Assembly (NCBI GenBank): GCA_002402465.1
Contig: DHFW01000049.1
Span: forward strand, 148,541 to 212,540
Source of the DNA: Bacteroidales bacterium UBA4814
Lineage (GTDB): Bacteria > Bacteroidota > Bacteroidia > Bacteroidales > UBA7960
Direction of reading: 5' to 3'
Length of the DNA stretch: 64,000 nt
Positions within the stretch are counted from its first letter, which is position 1, and each line of letters starts with the position of its first letter. The position numbers and the translations under genes were made by a program. The notes beneath the pieces were generated by a model. It was not told the origin of the DNA. It searched no databases and saw only the letters and a list, made by a program, of their open reading frames with translations. Below are positions 1-9,155 of this stretch, in pieces.

Positions 1-552
1 GAGGGCTGCAAAAAAGTTGTCGGTGTAAGGCACCACGGTGCCCATATATTTTTTGATCAGCTCTGGATATTCTTGCACAGCCTCGCTGAACGAGCAAAAG
101 ATTACGCCCTTTTCTGCCAGGGTTGAACGGAAAGTCGTGGCTACTGACACGCTGTCCATTACGGCATCGACGGCCACGCCAGCCAGCATTTTTTGTTCTT
201 CGAGCGGAATACCCAACTTTTCGAAGGTTTCGAGCAATTCAGGGTCCACCTCGTTTAGGCTCTCCAACTTGGGCTTTTTCAGGGGAGCCGAGTAGTAAAT
301 GATATCCTGGTAATCGATGGGCGGATATTGAACATGGGCCCAGCGGGGCTCTTTCAGGGTTTGCCAGTGGCGAAACGCCTTGAGCCTGATGTTGAGCATA
401 AACTCAGGTTCGTTCTTTTTTGCCGAGATAAACCGGATGGTGTCTTCGGTGAGCCCTTTAGGGGCTTGCTCCATCTCCACGTCAGTGTAAAAACCATACT
501 TGTATTCACTGCCGGTTACTTCTTCAAGAATATCGTTGTTTTTGTCTTCCAT
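1..552 (-). CDS. sufB: Fe-S cluster assembly protein SufB, N-terminal part (gene runs off the left edge)
   Basis: Absent from the ORF track because it is open at the window edge. Own translation of the minus strand from the ATG (complement of 550-552) gives [64 protein letters not shown]...[28 protein letters not shown], a typical SufB N-terminus. Confidence 0.85.
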   Translation of the reverse strand, partial: MEDKNNDILEEVTGSEYKYGFYTDVEMEQAPKGLTEDTIRFISAKKNEPEFMLNIRLKAFRHWQTLKEPRWAHVQYPPIDYQDIIYYSAPLKKPKLESLNEVDPELLETFEKLGIPLEEQKMLAGVAVDAVMDSVSVATTFRSTLAEKGVIFCSFSEAVQEYPELIKKYMGTVVPYTDNFFAAL

Positions 553-943
553 CAACAAAAAGATATATGATTGTCTGGTTTTCAGGTTTCTTTGCAGAAA
601 AACATATCTGGTAAAAGCCCTTAACCTTATTTAGATTTAATTAAAATTAGCATGCAAAGATAGCAAAGGTAGCGGGGATATTCAAATGTTTGCCCGGAAT
701 AATTTGTCAATAATACTGGGCTTAAGATCAGGGAGAAAGAATGCTGGCTTCGCCCACCATTTCCAGGCCGGCATTAGTGTCTGAATCACCTAAGAAGTAT
801 ATTTCCCTGAGGATCGAACTGTTTTCGTTGAATGTTTGCGTTGAAATTTTCATGAATCACACGCTCCATATTGCCTGAAACGGGCGCTTTCAAATGTCCT
901 TTTTCGCCTTTTTCTGCAGCAATACTGGGGAACGGGCCGGTTC

Positions 944-1335
944 TCAAAAATTCAAATTTCGCATTAAAAAGCCGATTTCATGTGGCAAGTCTAGTTCAAA
1001 TCCCTTTTCTGAAAAAAAGTTTGGACCCATTGCAACAGAGAAACCTTGGCCGGAATATTAAAAGGCTTCGAGCGGATAGCTGAAGTACCACGTCTGACCG
1101 GTTTTGCCATTAATGGCCTGCACAAATGAGTGGCTGTCGGCTCCATTATTGATATTCCGGGAATAAAAGCCATAGAATGCCCGCCATTTTCACTAACCGA
1201 TTTGAAATACCAGCCTTCGAAATAGTTTTTCTTCTGCCGATTTTCCTCGAACCAGGAAGGATTCCAGATTCTCTTAAAGGAATAGGAGGCCTCTTGTTTT
1301 TGGTGAAATGAAAGGAAGGGATTGTTTTTCTCCAT
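944..1335 (-). pseudogene. Decayed tocopherol-cyclase-family gene (frameshift, in-frame stop, 3' truncation)
   Basis: The ORF 991..1335 starts ...NYFEGWYFKSV...AFIPGIS, the hallmark FEGWYF motif of the tocopherol cyclase family. After GIS the plausible continuation NNGADSHSFVQAINGKTGQTWYFSYPLEAF lies in another frame (1-nt loss). It is then interrupted by TAA, continues YSGQGFSVAMGPNFFSEKGFELDLPHEIGF and stops at 944-946. Only about 0.4-0.6 kb is left of a gene that is normally about 1 kb. Confidence 0.55.
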
Positions 1336-1349
1336 TGCAAATGGCCGGT

Positions 1350-1559
1350 TTATTGGTTTTTATCCTGATTGAGTTCTTCCAGAATTTTCTTCACTTCCTC
1401 TTCAGTGGTGTGCAGTGCCTTTCGGCAAATGCCAATCAGAATAGAGGCTCTTTTCACTTTTTCCGAAAGCACATCAACCGAGATATCCTCGTTCTCTATT
1501 TCATTTACAATGGCCTCCAGTTCTTCAATGGCCTCTGAATAGGTTGTTTCATTTTTCAT
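1350..1559 (-). CDS. xseB: Exodeoxyribonuclease VII small subunit
   Basis: MKNETTYSEAIEELEAIVNEIENEDISVDVLSEKVKRA... is a typical XseB. It overlaps the xseA stop by 11 nt. The internal ATG at 1559 is preferred over the track start at 1583. Confidence 0.9.
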   Translation of the reverse strand: MKNETTYSEAIEELEAIVNEIENEDISVDVLSEKVKRASILIGICRKALHTTEEEVKKILEELNQDKNQ

Positions 1560-2826
1560 TTTCGGTAGTTTTTGGCTGAACAATACTTTCGATGCTTCCT
1601 TGCATAAGCCTTGTGGTTATCCGGTCGCCGGGCTTAAGCTCATGCTCGTTTTTTATAGTTTTCCCGTTAAAGAGCGTAATGGAAAATCCCCTTTTCAGAA
1701 TTTTTTCGGGTCGCAGCAAATTGATTTTTGCATCCAAGTGTTCCAACTCTCTTTCTTGCTTATCAATAAACCTCAAAGTGCTGCTTTGCAGGCCATTTAC
1801 CAGGCTGGTCATCATTATACTTTCTTTTTGAAGCGCTTTGGTTGAGAAAGATTTCAGATAGCCGACCGAACGCATCAGGCGCTGGTTTTCGGTTCCCAGA
1901 ATTTGTTGCGATCTGTTGTTGATAATGTTTAAGGCCGCCAGGGTGCGGCTTTCGAACTCTGCAAAACGGCCAATTACAAAATAGGCTACATCGGTAGGAG
2001 TGACTTTGTTTTGCCAGGCCACCATTTCGGCAATGGTTTCGTTGGTGGCGTGACCAATGCCGGTAATTATGGGTATAGGGAAGTTGGCGATTTCGCGCGA
2101 AAGCGTGTAATGATCGTAGCAGTTAAGGCCCACATCGCCGCCGCCACCGCGTATTATTGCAGCCATGTCGAACAAGTGTGCCTTTTTTCTTATCAGCCTG
2201 AGCTGTGCGGTCAGGCTTTCCACGGCCTTGTCGCCCTGCAAAAGTGCTGGAAAGAGTTTGTGCCAAACGGTGAACCGTTCACTGTAACCGGCCAAAATTT
2301 TCAGAAAGTCGTGATAGCCCTTGCTGGTTTCTACCGATACCACTGCCAGCCTGCGCGGCAGCAAAGGCATTTCGAGGGTTTTGTTGCGGTCGAAAATGCC
2401 TTCGGCCTTGAGCCGTTCAATGGTTTTTTGTTTTTCGTAGGCCATCTGGCCCAGGGTAAACGAGGGCTCGATTTGGTGAATTTGCAGTGACAAACCGTAA
2501 ACCGGGTGGTAAGTAACGCTGGTTTGAAAAAGTATGGCCATGCCTTCGCTGAGTGGTTCTCCGGTAACTTCGATAAATTTCTGGTTTATGATCTTATAAT
2601 CGCCGGCCCACAGCGTGGCCCGCATCTGCGCCACCACTTGTTCGCCGGTTTTCTCCACCAGGTCGGGGTAGCAATGGCCGCTGCGCGGATAATGGTTTAG
2701 CTTGGCAATTTCAGCCTTTACCCAATAGGTGCCCGAATAGTTGCGCTCGATAACCGAACGCAGGCTGCGTGCAAGGTCGCTAAGCGAAAAAATTTTCCTT
2801 TCTTCCTCCATGGTACAATAAATCAA
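1549..2826 (-). CDS. xseA: Exodeoxyribonuclease VII large subunit
   Basis: 425 aa with an OB-fold N-terminus (YWVKAEIAKLNHYPRSGHCYPDLVEK), the catalytic core IIRGGGG and a C-terminal coiled coil. It lies directly upstream of xseB. The start may be the ATG at 2811. Confidence 0.93.
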   Translation of the reverse strand: MIYCTMEEERKIFSLSDLARSLRSVIERNYSGTYWVKAEIAKLNHYPRSGHCYPDLVEKTGEQVVAQMRATLWAGDYKIINQKFIEVTGEPLSEGMAILFQTSVTYHPVYGLSLQIHQIEPSFTLGQMAYEKQKTIERLKAEGIFDRNKTLEMPLLPRRLAVVSVETSKGYHDFLKILAGYSERFTVWHKLFPALLQGDKAVESLTAQLRLIRKKAHLFDMAAIIRGGGGDVGLNCYDHYTLSREIANFPIPIITGIGHATNETIAEMVAWQNKVTPTDVAYFVIGRFAEFESRTLAALNIINNRSQQILGTENQRLMRSVGYLKSFSTKALQKESIMMTSLVNGLQSSTLRFIDKQERELEHLDAKINLLRPEKILKRGFSITLFNGKTIKNEHELKPGDRITTRLMQGSIESIVQPKTTENEK

Positions 2827-2934
2827 AACGTAAAATGCCGGGCTTGTGCCAGCATTTTATGGGCTAATATAAGAAATTTGAGAATGAAAGGAAAGTTTGA
2901 ACGAAAATTCTTTCCGCAACAAACGGCTAAAAAG

Positions 2935-3642
2935 TTATATGTCCTGGTTCACCACCAGCTTAAAACCTTTTCCGTGCACGTTGATGAGCTCCACCTCGGG
3001 GTCTTCCTTGAGGTATTTGCGCAATTTAGCAATGTACACATCCATGCTTCGGGCGTTAAAGTAGTTATCGTCGAGCCAGATTTTGGTAAGGGCTTCGGAG
3101 CGGTCGAGCACGTCGTTGGTGCGGTCGCAGAGCATTTTCAGCAACTGGGCTTCTTTAGAGGTAAGCTTCTGTTCGTTGTCTTCAAATTTTAGGGTTTGCC
3201 GCGAGTAATCAAACACATATTTGCCCACCTGGAACAAGGTTTTGTCGGTATCGCCGCTCTGCTCGGGGTTGGCGCGGCGGTAAATGGCGTTTATGCGCAG
3301 CAGCAGTTCTTCCATGCTGAAGGGCTTGGTTATGTAATCGTCGGCTCCAATTTTGAGTCCTTCGATAATATCCTCCTGCATGGCTTTGGCCGTAAGGAAA
3401 AGAATGGGAATCTTTTTGTCAACTTTGCGGATTTCCCTGGCAAGGGTAAAGCCATCTTTTATGGGCATCATCACATCGAGGATGCAAAAATGAAAGACTT
3501 CTTTCAGGAATGCCTCATAGGCTTCCTGGCCGTTTACACAAAGGCGGGTGGGGAAGCCCTTGGCTTCCAGGTAGGCCTTGAGGATGGTTCCCAGGTTGGG
3601 ATCGTCTTCGGCCAGTAAAATCTTAATATTTGATTCTTCCAT
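2935..3642 (-). CDS. OmpR-family response regulator (receiver plus winged helix)
   Basis: KILLAEDDPNLG...ILDVMMPIKDGF...LTAK receiver motifs and a C-terminal trans_reg_C-like LTSKEAQLLKML...VYIAKLRKYL. Operonic with the kinase upstream. Confidence 0.9.
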   Translation of the reverse strand: MEESNIKILLAEDDPNLGTILKAYLEAKGFPTRLCVNGQEAYEAFLKEVFHFCILDVMMPIKDGFTLAREIRKVDKKIPILFLTAKAMQEDIIEGLKIGADDYITKPFSMEELLLRINAIYRRANPEQSGDTDKTLFQVGKYVFDYSRQTLKFEDNEQKLTSKEAQLLKMLCDRTNDVLDRSEALTKIWLDDNYFNARSMDVYIAKLRKYLKEDPEVELINVHGKGFKLVVNQDI

Positions 3643-3651
3643 GGTTGCTTT

Positions 3652-5295
3652 TTAAGATAATTCCTGATCTTCTTTTTGGTATCCGTTAAAACCGAAAGGG
3701 ATGAAAATGCTGAAACGTGATCCTTTCTTGAGTTCGCTTTCGAGCGAAATATAGCCGCCATGCTTTTCCACAATGGCTTTAACATAACTCAGGCCGAGCC
3801 CGAACCCTTTCACATCGTGAATGTTTCCGGTAGAAACGCGGTAAAGATTATCAAAGATCTTTTTCTGGTTTGCCCGGCTAATGCCAATGCCATGGTCTTT
3901 TATATGCACCAGTATGCCCCGGCTGGTGTTCTCTGTGCTGACTTCAATTTGCGGGGTCGTGGGCGAATATTTGTTGGCATTGTCAAGCAAATTTACGAAT
4001 ACATTTGTTAAATGTACTTTATCTGCTTCAATAAAACTGTAATCGGCCTTAAGATTGGTAGTAATTTTTCCGTGTTTGGCCTCCACCTGCAGGCTGATCT
4101 TTCTCACCGCCTCGTTTATCAGGTCGTGCGCATCGAGCCCGGTACGGTTGAGCCTTAGCTTGCCCTTTTCAATAATGGCCGTTTGCAGGACCTTTTCGGT
4201 CATTAGCCCCAGTCGCTGGTTTTCCTCATCAATCATACGGATATAGCTCTGGTAAAGGTCTTCCGACTTGTTGATTTCCTGATCTTTCAGAGCCTGGCAG
4301 GCCAGTGAAATGGTAGATATGGGCGTTTTGAGCTCGTGGGTCATGTTGTTGATGAAGTCGTTTTTCATTACCGAGAGCTTCTTTTGCCTGATTACGGTAA
4401 AAATGGTAAAGGCGAATGACGAAATTATAACCAGGATAAACAGCGAGGAGGTAGCCAGCATGGTATTTATCTGCGACACTATGTACCTTTTCTGCTGGGG
4501 GAAGTACATCAGCAGAAATTCTGGGTTTATGAAGATGTCGTTGGGAAAAAGGTTGAATTGGTAGGGGCTTTGTAGCAATGACTGGGTGTTTTTGCCAGTT
4601 TTTTCGGCAACCAGGGCATTGTAGGCTGGGTTGTAAACTGCAAAATCGTACTCGGTCTTTATTCCCTGGCTCTTGAGTTCGGTATTGAGCAGGGAGTCGA
4701 GCACGCCAATGCTTTCTTCGCCCGAAAACTGAAAAGAGAACCTGTTGGAAAACATGTCGTCGAACATGTCGTTGATAAACTTGCTGCGCTCAAAAAACAG
4801 CCGTATTGGATCTTCGTTAGCCGTTGCGTCCTGGTTGGGAAGGTATCCGGGCTGGTTGCCCCCGAACACTGACTCGCGCACATAGGAGGTGTCGAATGCC
4901 CTTATCTGTTGCCCGTTTTCTTGTTCACTGATATTGAGTTGAAACGACTCGCGGATATAGGAAGCATTGATGTCGGCGCCGGTTTCCTGCTGGCCGGCCG
5001 GGTTCACAATGGCATTGTAGTATTCGCGGTTGAGCGAGTCGAGCAACTCGTAGTATTTGTTCATCTGGGCATTTCTTTCCTGCTGCAGCAGGAGTTTTCG
5101 GGCCATCTCTATCTTGTTGAACTTATAGATGGCTTTGCTTACCGCTTCGCCCACCCCACGGTCAAAATTCATTTCCTTTACCGAAAGGGCATTTTTAATC
5201 CAGTAAATTTGGATACCCACCAATCCAAGCAATGAAACGGTTATGGCAACAATAAGCAAAATGATAAACCTTTTCTTCATGCCAAAAAAAAACAA
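3652..5295 (-). CDS. Sensor histidine kinase (two TM segments, periplasmic loop, HisKA and HATPase_c)
   Basis: H-box FINNMTHELKTPIS, N-box LLDNANKYS and G-boxes DHGIGI / GFGLGLSYVK. N-terminal TM plus a second TM before the H-box. Confidence 0.9.
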   Translation of the reverse strand: MFFFGMKKRFIILLIVAITVSLLGLVGIQIYWIKNALSVKEMNFDRGVGEAVSKAIYKFNKIEMARKLLLQQERNAQMNKYYELLDSLNREYYNAIVNPAGQQETGADINASYIRESFQLNISEQENGQQIRAFDTSYVRESVFGGNQPGYLPNQDATANEDPIRLFFERSKFINDMFDDMFSNRFSFQFSGEESIGVLDSLLNTELKSQGIKTEYDFAVYNPAYNALVAEKTGKNTQSLLQSPYQFNLFPNDIFINPEFLLMYFPQQKRYIVSQINTMLATSSLFILVIISSFAFTIFTVIRQKKLSVMKNDFINNMTHELKTPISTISLACQALKDQEINKSEDLYQSYIRMIDEENQRLGLMTEKVLQTAIIEKGKLRLNRTGLDAHDLINEAVRKISLQVEAKHGKITTNLKADYSFIEADKVHLTNVFVNLLDNANKYSPTTPQIEVSTENTSRGILVHIKDHGIGISRANQKKIFDNLYRVSTGNIHDVKGFGLGLSYVKAIVEKHGGYISLESELKKGSRFSIFIPFGFNGYQKEDQELS

Positions 5296-5541
5296 ATTTG
5301 TGGTAAAGGGGTTTGGTAAAACCCAAATGTTTCTACGTTATATACCAAGCCCTGGTTTCATTGCAAAAGTAAGTTGTAAAGGAATGGCATTAGGGGGTTT
5401 AACACAATTTAACACCCCTTTAACTTTTTTTAAATCAGGCGGAAAGGACATTTACTTTACCTTTGTTTCAAGGCAAAGAACTATACCTAAAATGTTCTAT
5501 TGGTTTTTTAGTGTATAAGTTTTGTGGTTATAAATTGTGGG

Positions 5542-5575
5542 AAAGAGAGGGCTTTTGCGGCCCTCTCTTTTTTTC
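5542..5575. terminator. Strong GC hairpin with a flanking A/T run, immediately 3' of sodB
   Basis: AAAGAGAGGGC-ttttgcg-GCCCTCTCTTT followed by a T7 run on the plus strand. On the sodB (minus) strand the U-tract is mostly absorbed into the stem. Confidence 0.6.
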
Positions 5576-6151
5576 TTACAGTCTGCTTTCCACTTTGCTC
5601 CAGTTCACAAGTTTCCAGAACGACTCAATGTAGTCGGGCCGGCGGTTCTGGTAGTCAAGGTAGTAGGCATGTTCCCACACGTCGCAGGTGAGCAGGGGTT
5701 TTTTGCCGCTGCGCAAAGGGTTTCCGGCATTGCTTTCCTTCACGATTTCGAGTTTTTCGCCTTCGTTTTTTACAAGCCAGGCCCATCCGGAGCCAAACAG
5801 GGTGGCAGCAGCCTGGGAAAACTCTTCCTTAAACTTTGAAAAGCTTCCGAAGGCCTCTTCAATGGCTTCCATGAGCTTGCCTTTTGGCTCAGCGCCCCCT
5901 TTCGGGGAAAAACTTTCCCAGTAGAAGGTGTGGTTCCATACCTGGGCAGCATTATTAAAAATGCCCCCTTCGGCTTTCTTAATGATATCTTCCAGGCTGG
6001 CACTTTCGAAAGGGCTGCCTGGCAGCAGCTTGTTCAGATTGTTTACATAGGCCTGGTGGTGCTTACCGTAATGAAATTCAATGGTTTTTGCCGAAATGAC
6101 CGGTTCAAGGGCATTTGGTTCGTACGGCAATTTGGGCAATGCATGTGTCAT
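5576..6151 (-). CDS. sodB: Superoxide dismutase, Fe type
   Basis: [13 protein letters not shown]...[11 protein letters not shown]...[11 protein letters not shown]...[18 protein letters not shown]. The AxQxWNHxFYW motif favours the Fe type. Confidence 0.95.
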   Translation of the reverse strand: MTHALPKLPYEPNALEPVISAKTIEFHYGKHHQAYVNNLNKLLPGSPFESASLEDIIKKAEGGIFNNAAQVWNHTFYWESFSPKGGAEPKGKLMEAIEEAFGSFSKFKEEFSQAAATLFGSGWAWLVKNEGEKLEIVKESNAGNPLRSGKKPLLTCDVWEHAYYLDYQNRRPDYIESFWKLVNWSKVESRL

Positions 6152-6181
6152 GGTGATGGTTTTTTGAGTTTACATATTAAG

Positions 6182-6212
6182 CAAATTTATATAAAATAAC
6201 GGTCCTATGCAA
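6182..6212 (-). promoter_or_regulatory. Canonical Bacteroidota promoter for sodB (TTG-N20-TAAATTTG)
   Basis: Read on the minus strand: TTG (6212-6210), a 20-nt spacer, then TAAATTTG (6189-6182), 30 nt before the ATG. Confidence 0.5.
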
Positions 6213-6242
6213 ATTTCGGCCCCAAAAATCCTGCATTTTTTG

Positions 6243-6250
6243 TAAGTTTG
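6243..6250 (+). promoter_or_regulatory. -7 box TAAGTTTG for the small lipoprotein gene
   Basis: Perfect TAnnTTTG 26 nt upstream of the ATG at 6277. Confidence 0.4.
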
Positions 6251-6276
6251 TTCAAACCATTCAACTCCCAGGTTAA

Positions 6277-6486
6277 ATGAAAAGATCGTTATTCAGGGTT
6301 TCAGCCATCATTTTTTCTTTTTCTGCTTTGATGTTTTTTACGGCCTGCGGCCCCACTGCCCAGCAAAGAGAAGAGCAACGCATTGAAGATTCACTTCGCT
6401 TAGACCTGGAGCGGCGCGAGTTGCTCGAGCGCACCGGGCGAATGATCGATTCGATAAGGCCTGCACCGACCGACAGCCCGCAATAA
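6277..6486 (+). CDS. Small lipoprotein (69 aa), function unknown
   Basis: Signal peptide ending in the lipobox-like FFTAC. Charged, Arg/Glu-rich mature part. Own promoter box and terminator. Confidence 0.6.
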   Translation: MKRSLFRVSAIIFSFSALMFFTACGPTAQQREEQRIEDSLRLDLERRELLERTGRMIDSIRPAPTDSPQ

Positions 6487-6512
6487 AAAAGCCTCCCGCG
6501 AAGGAGGCTTTT
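6487..6512. terminator. Bidirectional hairpin between the lipoprotein gene and tRNA-Leu
   Basis: AAAAGCCTCC-cgcgaa-GGAGGCTTTT, a 10-bp stem flanked by A and T runs. Confidence 0.7.
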
Positions 6513-6519
6513 AACAGAG

Positions 6520-6603
6520 TACCCGGGGCCGGGATCGAACCGGCACGGTATTGCTACCATTGGTGTTTGAGACCAACGCGTCTACCAATTCCGCCACCCG
6601 GGC
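6520..6603 (-). tRNA. tRNA-Leu(CAA): tRNA-Leu, anticodon CAA (class II, long variable arm)
   Basis: The reverse complement reads GCCCGGG-TG-GCG-GAATTGGTAGAC-GCG-T-TTGGT-CTCAAAC-ACCAA-TGGTAGCAATACCGT-GCCGG-TTCGATC-CCGGC-CCCGGGT-A. Cloverleaf folded by hand, with a G1-U72 wobble and no encoded CCA. Confidence 0.9.
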
Positions 6604-6720
6604 AAAAGCTGGTTTACAGCGCGTTTTTTCAGGTGTGCAAATTTAACCAATACTTTCATTCCCACAAAAAATTTTCCCAAAATCATAACAGGCTTAAAGG
6701 ACTAAGTCTGATATTATTTC

Positions 6721-6728
6721 TATTTTTG
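6721..6728 (+). promoter_or_regulatory. -7 box TATTTTTG for prs
   Basis: Perfect TAnnTTTG 40 nt upstream of the ATG at 6769. Confidence 0.45.
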
Positions 6729-6768
6729 CGGAACCCAATCATTCTTTCTTACCACAAAACCGCTCGCT

Positions 6769-7713
6769 ATGTCCTCGGTCGTCAAAATTTTTTCCGGTTC
6801 GGCATCTCGCTACCTGGCTCAAAAAATTGCAGAACACTATGGAATACCTCTTGGAAAAGAGATTGTTGCACGGTTTTCTGATGGTGAGTTTCAGCCTTCT
6901 TTTGAGGAAACCCTGAGGGGGAAAGAAGTTTTTATTGTGCAGAGCACATTTCCCCCGGCCGAAAACATGATGGAGCTTTTGCTCATGATCGATGCAGCCC
7001 GGCGTGCCTCGGCCAACCAGGTGGTGGCCGTTATTCCTTATTTTGGCCTGGCCCGGCAAGATCGCAAAGACAAGCCCCGCGTACCCATAGGTGCCAAGCT
7101 TGTGGCCAACCTGCTTACCGCTGCAGGTGTTAGCAGGGTGATTACCATGGATCTGCATGCCGACCAGATACAGGGCTTTTTTGATGTGCCGGTCGATCAT
7201 TTGTATGCATCGGCCATTTTTGTACCCTACCTCAAAAAGCTTAACCTGCCCAACCTGGTTATGGCTTCGCCCGACACCGGCGGCACCAGACGTGCCGGAG
7301 CCTATGCAAAGTTTATGAACTCTGAGCTGGTTATCTGCTATAAACAGCGCATTAAGCCCAACGAGGTAGACCGCATGATGCTGATTGGCGATGTGAAAGG
7401 CAAGGACGTGGTGCTGGTGGACGATATTATTGACACAGCCGGCTCCATTACAAAAGCCGGACAAATGATGATGGACAACGGGGCCACCAGTGTGCGGGCC
7501 ATTTGCACGCATCCCGTATTCAGCGGAAAAGCCCTCGAACGGATCAACAACAGCGTATTTGATGAAGTCATTGTTTCCGACACCATACCGCTGGCCTGCG
7601 AATCACCAAAGATTACGGTGCTGAGTGCATCCAAGCTTTTTGCCGACGTTATTCAGCGGGTGCATTCTCATCAAAGCATCAGCTCGCATTTCGAGTTCTC
7701 AACCATGCTGTAA
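6769..7713 (+). CDS. prs: Ribose-phosphate pyrophosphokinase
   Basis: VKIFSGSASRYLAQKIAE...RFSDGE...YFGLARQDRK...MDLHADQIQGFF...VLVDDIIDTAGS. PRPP-binding loop present. Confidence 0.95.
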   Translation: MSSVVKIFSGSASRYLAQKIAEHYGIPLGKEIVARFSDGEFQPSFEETLRGKEVFIVQSTFPPAENMMELLLMIDAARRASANQVVAVIPYFGLARQDRKDKPRVPIGAKLVANLLTAAGVSRVITMDLHADQIQGFFDVPVDHLYASAIFVPYLKKLNLPNLVMASPDTGGTRRAGAYAKFMNSELVICYKQRIKPNEVDRMMLIGDVKGKDVVLVDDIIDTAGSITKAGQMMMDNGATSVRAICTHPVFSGKALERINNSVFDEVIVSDTIPLACESPKITVLSASKLFADVIQRVHSHQSISSHFEFSTML

Positions 7714-7739
7714 GTTTTTTATAAAATATTCATAGCCAA

Positions 7740-7776
7740 TTGCCTGCAAAGTGTTATCTTTGCAGGCAATTTTTTT
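7740..7776 (+). terminator. prs intrinsic terminator; its 3' arm contains the rplY -7 box
   Basis: TTGCCTGCAAAG-tgttat-CTTTGCAGGCAA followed by T7. TATCTTTG (7755-7762) inside the hairpin is a perfect TAnnTTTG. Confidence 0.75.
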
Positions 7777-7825
7777 GGGGAGTTATGGTTTCCCAAATTT
7801 TTTTAACCAATTAGTAATTAACATT

Positions 7826-8446
7826 ATGAAAAAAGTATCTGTGAGCGGTTCTCTCCGCGAGAACGTAGGGAAAAAAGATGCTAAGCGCCTGCGCCGCGAA
7901 GGCATGGTGCCTTGTGTATTGTATGGCGGTAAAGATCAGATCATGTTTACAGCCTCCGAAAAAGCCTTTAAGGATGTGGTGTATACCCCCGAGGCATGTC
8001 TGATCGACCTTGAAATCGACGGCAAAAAATTCACCGCAGTGTTGCAAGATATTCAGTTTCACCCGGTGAGCGAAAACATTCTCCATGCCGACTTCCTGCA
8101 AATTTTTGAAGACAAACCGGTAAAAGTTGACATTCCTGTTAAACTTTCAGGAGTTAGCCCTGGTGTTTTGAAGGGTGGTAAGCTTCATATTAAATTGCGC
8201 AAGGTGAAGGTTAAAGGCCTTCCCGGCGACTTGCCCGACCAAATTGACGTTTCCATTTCAAAACTGAATATTGGCGATGCCTTTAAAGTAAGTCAGCTTG
8301 AATCGGATAAGCTGGAATTTATGGATCCTGCCAACGCAGTGATTGTAATGGTAAAATCGACCCGCGTGGTAGCTTCTGTTGGCGATGAAGAAGAAGAGGA
8401 AGAAGGAACCGAAAGCGAAGCACCTGCTCCGGCAGCCGAAGAATAA
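7826..8446 (+). CDS. rplY: 50S ribosomal protein L25 / general stress protein Ctc
   Basis: MKKVSVSGSLRENVGKKDAKRLRREGMVPCVLYGGK... with an acidic C-terminal tail. The ATG at 7826 is preferred over the track start at 7751. Confidence 0.9.
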   Translation: MKKVSVSGSLRENVGKKDAKRLRREGMVPCVLYGGKDQIMFTASEKAFKDVVYTPEACLIDLEIDGKKFTAVLQDIQFHPVSENILHADFLQIFEDKPVKVDIPVKLSGVSPGVLKGGKLHIKLRKVKVKGLPGDLPDQIDVSISKLNIGDAFKVSQLESDKLEFMDPANAVIVMVKSTRVVASVGDEEEEEEGTESEAPAPAAEE

Positions 8447-8470
8447 CATCATTTTTTTCTTGAGAAAATA

Positions 8471-8510
8471 AAAGGCACAAGGCGAATCCCTTGTGCCTTT
8501 TTAAGTTTTT
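8471..8510 (+). terminator. rplY intrinsic terminator
   Basis: AAAGGCACAAGG-cgaatc-CCTTGTGCCTTT followed by a T-rich tail. Confidence 0.75.
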
Positions 8511-8587
8511 ATAAACGGGCCTTTTGGTTTATTTTTACAACAGGAATCTGTTATCATTTTGCAGCGCCAAAAAAAACTGTTATTAGC

Positions 8588-9151
8588 ATGAAGTACCTCA
8601 TTGCAGGTTTGGGCAACATTGGCCCCGAATACCACGAAACCCGCCATAATATTGGATTTATGATCCTCGACCTTTTGGCAAAGGAAAAGGAGGTGGTGTT
8701 TTCTCCGGCCCGATACGGCGACAAGGCCGAGTTTAAATTTAAAGGACGCACTTTTATTTTGCTGAAGCCTTCCACATACATGAACCTTAGCGGGCGGGCC
8801 ATTCATTATTGGATGACTCAGCAAAAAATTGAGCTAGAAAACCTGCTGGTAGTGGTCGATGATGTAGCACTTCCGTTGGGTGCCCTGCGCATGAAAGCCA
8901 AGGGCGGGGCCGGAGGGCACAACGGCCTTTCGCATATTATCGATATGCTGGGCACCGACCAATTTGCCCGTTTGCGTTTTGGCATTGGAGCCGACTATCC
9001 CAAGGGCTTTCAGTCGCAATATGTGTTGGGCAAATGGGAGCCTGAAGAACGCGAAATCATCGATCCCCGCATAAAAATGGCCACCGAAATGGTGATTAGT
9101 TTTGGCATGCAGGGCGCTGAACGCACCATGAATCTTTTCAACAAAAAGTAA
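8588..9151 (+). CDS. pth: Peptidyl-tRNA hydrolase
   Basis: MKYLIAGLGNIGPEYHETRHNIGF...MNLSG...DDVALPLGALRMKAKGGAGGHNGL. Confidence 0.95.
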   Translation: MKYLIAGLGNIGPEYHETRHNIGFMILDLLAKEKEVVFSPARYGDKAEFKFKGRTFILLKPSTYMNLSGRAIHYWMTQQKIELENLLVVVDDVALPLGALRMKAKGGAGGHNGLSHIIDMLGTDQFARLRFGIGADYPKGFQSQYVLGKWEPEEREIIDPRIKMATEMVISFGMQGAERTMNLFNKK

Positions 9152-9155
9152 TTGC

